Origin: an uncultured SAR86 cluster bacterium
GTDB lineage: Bacteria; Pseudomonadota; Gammaproteobacteria; Magnimaribacterales; D2472
Direction: 5' to 3'
NCBI GenBank assembly: GCA_902602595.1
Contig: CACKRJ010000006.1
Span: forward strand, 2,024 to 66,023
DNA length: 64,000 nucleotides
Position 1 is the stretch's first letter; every line of letters starts with the position of its first letter. The notes under the pieces are model-generated. The model was given only the letters and a program-made list of their open reading frames with translations. It did not search any database and was not told where the DNA came from. This document shows positions 59,141 to 64,000 of the stretch, in pieces. The position numbers and the translations under genes are program-made.

Positions 59141-59839
59141 TTATTTAATCAGTTCAAACGAGAGTGTTCCAACATTTTCTATCTCTGCAACAACTTTATC
59201 ATTTATGCTAAGCCTTCCAACACCCGAGGGGGTACCTGTAAATATAATGTCCCCAGCCTTGAGAGTAATAAATTTAGATAAGCAACTGATTAATTCATCT
59301 ACTTTCCATATCATATTTGATAGATTTCCAGATTGTTTTTTTTGACCATTCACTTTTAATGAGATGCTCCCTTCATTTAATAGCAATCCTTCTTTTCTTA
59401 GAATTTTTGAGATTGGCGCAGAATGATCGAACCCCTTGCTTAAATCCCATGGCTTGCCAGCCCCTTTTGCAGCTTCTTGAAGATCTCTTCTGGTAAGATC
59501 AACTCCTACTCCATATCCAAAAATATGTTGCCTTGCTTCAGATGGAGATATGTTTGAGCATTCTGACCCTAAAAAAACAACAAGCTCTACTTCATGATGG
59601 AGGTTATTGGTTTGAGTTGGAAAAGGAATAGAAGCTAGTTGAGTAATAGCTTGTGCAGGCTTGCTAAAAAAAAATGGTTGATCTTTATCCACCGTAACTC
59701 CCATCTCTTGAGCATGTTCTTCGTAATTACTTCCAACACAGTAGACTTTACCAACTGGAAAAACTAATTTACTTTCTTGAATATTTACGCATTTAATCTT
59801 TGGGTTAAATGTAAATTTGATGGATTTTTGTTTTGTCAT
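59141..59839 (-). CDS. Fumarylacetoacetate hydrolase family protein
   Basis: CVGSNY..HA.EM, FFSKP, HHEVEL, DLTRRDLQ, IFTGTPSGVG. Confidence 0.92.
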   Translation of the reverse strand: MTKQKSIKFTFNPKIKCVNIQESKLVFPVGKVYCVGSNYEEHAQEMGVTVDKDQPFFFSKPAQAITQLASIPFPTQTNNLHHEVELVVFLGSECSNISPSEARQHIFGYGVGVDLTRRDLQEAAKGAGKPWDLSKGFDHSAPISKILRKEGLLLNEGSISLKVNGQKKQSGNLSNMIWKVDELISCLSKFITLKAGDIIFTGTPSGVGRLSINDKVVAEIENVGTLSFELIK

Positions 59840-59887
59840 TTGAGTTAAAACATTTGAGAAAATAAATACTATAATAAATGATAATCC

Positions 59888-61075
59888 ATGAAAAAAAATC
59901 TTAATTTAATTAAACGAGGAATTGATGAGCTGATTAGTGAGGATGAGCTATTAGCAAAACTCAAATCAAACAAACAGCTTGTTGTGAAGGCTGGCTTTGA
60001 TCCAACTGCACCAGATTTGCATCTCGGGCATACGGTGCTAATTAATAAATTGAGGCACTTTCAACAATTAGGCCATCAGGTAATATTTTTAATAGGTGAT
60101 TTTACCGGCATGATTGGCGATCCATCAGGAAAAAATAAAACCAGACCGGCTTTAGATGAGGCAGATATCAAGGACAATGCAAAATCATACAAAGAACAAG
60201 TTTTTAAGATTTTAGATCCAAAATTAACTGATGTTAGGTTTAATTCTGAGTGGAGTAACCAGCTTGGCGCAGAGGGAATAATAAAACTTGCATCTCAATA
60301 TAATTTAGCCAGGATGCTTGAGCGAGATGATTTTAATAAAAGATATAAGTCCAACCAGACCATTGCGCTTCATGAATTCTTGTATCCTTTGATTCAAGCA
60401 AATGATTCTATAGCTCTCGAAGCAGATATAGAGTTAGGCGGCACTGATCAAAAGTTTAATCTTCTGGTTGGAAGAGAACTTCAAAGAGCATATGGCCAAG
60501 AGCCTCAGGTAGTTATTACTGTTCCCATTCTTGAGGGCTTAGATGGAAAAAATAAAATGTCTAAATCTTTAGATAATTATGTGGGTATCGACGAGTCTCC
60601 AAATGAAATGTTTGGAAAAATTATGTCTATTTCAGACGAACTTATGTGGAGATGGTTTGAGTTGTTAAGTTTCAAATCTATTGAAGAGATTGATGCTCTT
60701 AAAGCTGACCAAGCTAAAGGAAAAAATCCCAGAGACATTAAAATAGATTTAGCTAAAGAGCTTATTGCCCGTTTCCATGATGATAAATCAGCCGATCTTG
60801 CAGAATCTGATTTTATAAATCAGTTTCAAAAAAAGAATATTCCAGATGATATAGAAGAAGTATCTTTAACCCTATCTAAAAGCTCAATTCCCTTAGTTAA
60901 TCTTTTGAAAGATTGCGGGATGACCAGTAGTACATCTGAGGCAATGAGAATGATTCAACAGGGAGCTGTTAGAATAGATGAAGAAAAAATTATTGATACA
61001 AAACATATTATTTCTTCTGGCACTTCAGCTATTTACCAAGTAGGTAAAAGAAAATTTAAAAAAATAACTCTTTAG
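59888..61075 (+). CDS. tyrS: Tyrosine--tRNA ligase
   Basis: [27 protein letters not shown]-terminal S4 domain. Confidence 0.98.
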   Translation: MKKNLNLIKRGIDELISEDELLAKLKSNKQLVVKAGFDPTAPDLHLGHTVLINKLRHFQQLGHQVIFLIGDFTGMIGDPSGKNKTRPALDEADIKDNAKSYKEQVFKILDPKLTDVRFNSEWSNQLGAEGIIKLASQYNLARMLERDDFNKRYKSNQTIALHEFLYPLIQANDSIALEADIELGGTDQKFNLLVGRELQRAYGQEPQVVITVPILEGLDGKNKMSKSLDNYVGIDESPNEMFGKIMSISDELMWRWFELLSFKSIEEIDALKADQAKGKNPRDIKIDLAKELIARFHDDKSADLAESDFINQFQKKNIPDDIEEVSLTLSKSSIPLVNLLKDCGMTSSTSEAMRMIQQGAVRIDEEKIIDTKHIISSGTSAIYQVGKRKFKKITL

Positions 61076-61108
61076 TTTTAATAATATAATTTTGAATCAA
61101 TATTAAAT

Positions 61109-61804
61109 ATGCAACAGTTTTTTTCTTCTATTAGTTTTTGTCTAAGTAATATTGGATACTTGCTCATCTTGTGCATCCCAGTGATGACGCTTGAAATTGC
61201 TCTAGCTAGTCTCATAGCTTCTTTAGATATTCAATCAAGTTCAGATACGGCAGCTCTTGAGGCAATTGGTGAAATATCTTTCCAAGTATTTCTTTTAGTG
61301 CTTGCATCTCTTATTCTTTCAGTGGCTTTAAGTGGTGGTTGTATGGCTGCTTTTCGCTCTTTGTCCGATGATGGGTTGTTGAGCCCATATCAAGCCCTTT
61401 TTGCAGGTTTAAAAAAGTTTTTCCCGCTCCTTTGGTCTAATATTTTGCATTCTATTGCATATGGGCTGGGATTTTTAATGTTAATTCTGCCTGGTTTTTA
61501 TTTGTATGGCCGCCTTGGATTATTTCCGTTATTTATTATGTTTGAAGATAAGGGCGTGATGGATTCTTTTGGAGCATCTTGGAATCTAACAGAAGAATTT
61601 GCAACAAAACTATTTACTCTTACCGCAATTTTTATGAGCATTCAGCTGAGCTTTGGATTTTTTGGAGGCATTATTGGAGTTGATGGATCCTTATGGTTTT
61701 TAATTGCAGCAACCACCTTAAAATACGCAACGTTAATGCCTTTGTTTTATTTATTTTATAGCCTCTATGAGTCTATTAAAAATAAACCACAATTAGGAAA
61801 TTGA
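61109..61804 (+). CDS. Multi-pass membrane protein (YciC-like fold suspected)
   Basis: Five to six hydrophobic segments, G..LLILPG.Y...R motif, S..ASW.LT. Confidence 0.6.
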   Translation: MQQFFSSISFCLSNIGYLLILCIPVMTLEIALASLIASLDIQSSSDTAALEAIGEISFQVFLLVLASLILSVALSGGCMAAFRSLSDDGLLSPYQALFAGLKKFFPLLWSNILHSIAYGLGFLMLILPGFYLYGRLGLFPLFIMFEDKGVMDSFGASWNLTEEFATKLFTLTAIFMSIQLSFGFFGGIIGVDGSLWFLIAATTLKYATLMPLFYLFYSLYESIKNKPQLGN

Positions 61805-62220
61805 AAAATATGAAAATATTAGTAATGGGACTGCCAGGCAGCGGCAAAACTTATCTAACCCAGAGATTAGTGCCATTATTGAATGCTGCATGGTATAACG
61901 CTGATCAAGTCAGGAAGATGTCCAATGATTGGGATTTTTCAGATGAAGGTAGAAAAAGACAATCCATGAGAATGAAAACTTTTGCAGATTTTGAAAAATT
62001 GCACGGAAGATATGTTGTATGTGATTTTGTTTGCCCAACTAAAGAAACGCGAGAAAATTTTGATGCGGACATAGTTATTTGGATGGACACCATCAAAGAG
62101 GGAAGATACGAAGACACTAATAAGCTTTTTCAAGATCCTCACAGTGTTGATTTTCATATTACAGAGTGGAATGAGCACAACCATGATGATGTGGCTAAGG
62201 AGATTTTAAGAAATGTTTGA
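61801..62220 (+). CDS. Small P-loop kinase, adenylyl-sulfate kinase (CysC)-like
   Basis: GLPGSGKT, NADQVR, WDFS.EGR.RQ..RM, CDFVCP, FQDP parallel CysC motifs; start 61801 (TTG) or 61810 (ATG). Confidence 0.75.
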   Translation: MKNMKILVMGLPGSGKTYLTQRLVPLLNAAWYNADQVRKMSNDWDFSDEGRKRQSMRMKTFADFEKLHGRYVVCDFVCPTKETRENFDADIVIWMDTIKEGRYEDTNKLFQDPHSVDFHITEWNEHNHDDVAKEILRNV

Positions 62221-62605
62221 TTGGAAAAAACCAACCGTTCAGATGCTAGGCAGATGGCAGCCTTGGCATGATGGGCACCAAGCCTTATTTAATAGATGCA
62301 TTGCAAAAACTGGTCAGGTAGCAATTCAGGTTCGTGACGTTCAAGGAGCATCTGGAGGAGATGGACAAGACGATAATCCTTTTGATTGGGATGAGGTTTG
62401 TAGAAATATCGAAGCAGGGCTTTTAAAAGATGGTTACAAAAGGGGTCAAGAATATGAAATTATGTTGGTACCAAATATTGTAAATATTACTTATGGTCGA
62501 GGAGTAGGATATACATTTGAAGAGGAGGTTTTTGATAGCGAAGTTACTGAAATCAGTGCTACAAAAATTCGTCAAAAACTTCGAGATGAAGGGAAGCTGG
62601 ATTAA
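62213..62605 (+). CDS. HIGH-superfamily nucleotidyltransferase (cytidyltransferase/NadM-like)
   Basis: LGRWQPWHDGH (compare GRFQPFHxGH), NPF, ISATKIR. Confidence 0.8.
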   Translation: MFDWKKPTVQMLGRWQPWHDGHQALFNRCIAKTGQVAIQVRDVQGASGGDGQDDNPFDWDEVCRNIEAGLLKDGYKRGQEYEIMLVPNIVNITYGRGVGYTFEEEVFDSEVTEISATKIRQKLRDEGKLD

Positions 62606-62664
62606 TTTATTAGTTAGTTTCCCAAGATCATTGTTTAGTTTATAATCGCTTTTCCCAATTTATT

Positions 62665-62742
<78 letters not shown>

Positions 62743-62792
62743 TTCATTTATTAAACTTTTACTTTCATCAACATTTGTAATACTTTGTTGTG

Positions 62793-64000
62793 ATGGAAAA
62801 TAAAGATCGCTCAAAATCAAACATGCAAAGGGTTGCATTGACGTCATTAGCTGGGACGAGCATAGAGTGGTATGACTTTTTTCTTTATGGTGCAGCGGCT
62901 GCATTAATATTTCCAACAGTTTTCTTTAGTGAAGCTGACCCTTCTACATCCTTAATTTTATCCCTATTAACCTTTGCTGGTGGATTTATTGCTCGACCAA
63001 TCGGGGGCATTATTTTCGGTCACTATGGCGATAGAGTTGGAAGAAAAAAAACATTAGTCATGGCATTAATTTTAATGGGAGTTTCTTCTACCCTTATTGG
63101 ACTTCTGCCAACTTATTCAATGATCGGAATTACAGCGCCAATTTTACTTACATCATTAAGATTTGCTCAAGGACTTGCTATTGGAGGTCAATGGGGAGGC
63201 GCCATGTTACTAGTTACTGAAAGCGCTCCATCTGATAAAAGAGGATATTACGGTGCTTTTGCTCAAGCTGGTGCGCCAGTGGGAGTTATTTTAGCTAATC
63301 TTGCATTGATACTGACGAGTTCACTTGTTTCTGAGGAGTTTTTTTATTCATGGGGATGGAGAATTCCATTTCTTGCAAGCGCCGTTTTGATTGGTATTAG
63401 TATGTATATCCAACTAAATCTAGAGGATACAAAAGCCTTTACAGAGTTGCAGGCAATGAGAAAAGACAATGAAGATAGTAATGAGGAGGCACAACGATCG
63501 CCTATATTAGAAGCAATTAAAAAGTATCCAAAACGAATAGCACTAGCTGCGGGAGCTTTTCTTTCAATTCAGGTAACGTTTTATATTTTAATAGCTTTCC
63601 TTCTTGCATATGGCGTATCAAGCTCAGAAATATCAAGAGATGATATGTTAGCTGCAGTATTAATTGCATCAGCAATTATGGTTCCATCTCAGTTTATATT
63701 TTCTTCATACTCTGATAGAAATGGAAGAAAGGGTATATTTATGGCTGGAGCAATACTCACAGGCTTATGGGCTTTTGCCATATTTCCACTTGTGGACACT
63801 GGTCATTTTTGGTTAATAGTTTTAGCTATTTCAATGGGCTTAATATTTGTAGGTATGATGTATGGACCTCAAGCAGCATTTTTTACTGAGTTATTCTCTA
63901 CAGAAGTAAGATATTCAGGCGCAACCCTTGGTTATCAGTTTGGAGCAATTTTGGGAGGAGCATTTGCCCCAACTATTGCGGCTTTACTATGGAACAACTA
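62793..64000 (+). CDS. MFS transporter, metabolite:H+ symporter (ShiA/MHS) family; runs off window end
   Basis: Manual translation MENKDRS...SLAGTSIEWYDFFLYGAAAALIF, ARPIGGIIFGHYGDRVGRKK, LRFAQGLAIGGQWGGA, WGWRIPFL. Confidence 0.92.
   Translation, partial: MENKDRSKSNMQRVALTSLAGTSIEWYDFFLYGAAAALIFPTVFFSEADPSTSLILSLLTFAGGFIARPIGGIIFGHYGDRVGRKKTLVMALILMGVSSTLIGLLPTYSMIGITAPILLTSLRFAQGLAIGGQWGGAMLLVTESAPSDKRGYYGAFAQAGAPVGVILANLALILTSSLVSEEFFYSWGWRIPFLASAVLIGISMYIQLNLEDTKAFTELQAMRKDNEDSNEEAQRSPILEAIKKYPKRIALAAGAFLSIQVTFYILIAFLLAYGVSSSEISRDDMLAAVLIASAIMVPSQFIFSSYSDRNGRKGIFMAGAILTGLWAFAIFPLVDTGHFWLIVLAISMGLIFVGMMYGPQAAFFTELFSTEVRYSGATLGYQFGAILGGAFAPTIAALLWNN

Overview
Core chromosomal region of a low-GC, genome-streamlined gammaproteobacterium. 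Gene order is Pseudomonadales-like, spacers are tiny and overlaps are common; it resembles the marine SAR86 clade, which is an inference and not tested. About 65 CDS are present, mostly housekeeping: xerC-DUF484-dapF-lysA-lptM, metK-ahcY, tkt-pgk-fba-dtd, ubiEJB-tatABC, rsgA/orn, phoD, miaB-ybeZYX-lnt, rpiA/ilvA, zapA-6S RNA-ygfA, pepP, rpmB, dut, L31, priA, nnr-tsaE-amiB, acs, pcnB, dksA, hemL/hemG, erpA-anmK-M23-tyrS. Lipid and ester catabolic genes are interspersed. I saw no CRISPR array, transposase or prophage. Non-coding features are 6S RNA, a lone tRNA-Ile(GAT), a SAM-II-type riboswitch core ahead of metK, and an unannotated structured RNA at ~27752-27829 with its own promoter and terminator, followed by a 29-aa membrane micropeptide and an exported glutathione peroxidase. 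The best candidates for an undescribed system are that RNA/micropeptide/Gpx unit and a coupled trio of membrane protein, mini APS-kinase-like protein and NadM-like nucleotidyltransferase between tyrS and tRNA-Ile. DksA has a histone-H1-like tail, L31 has an acidic tail, and -10 boxes lying 5-9 nt from start codons suggest frequent leaderless mRNAs. All calls come from reading motifs by eye; no searches were run.
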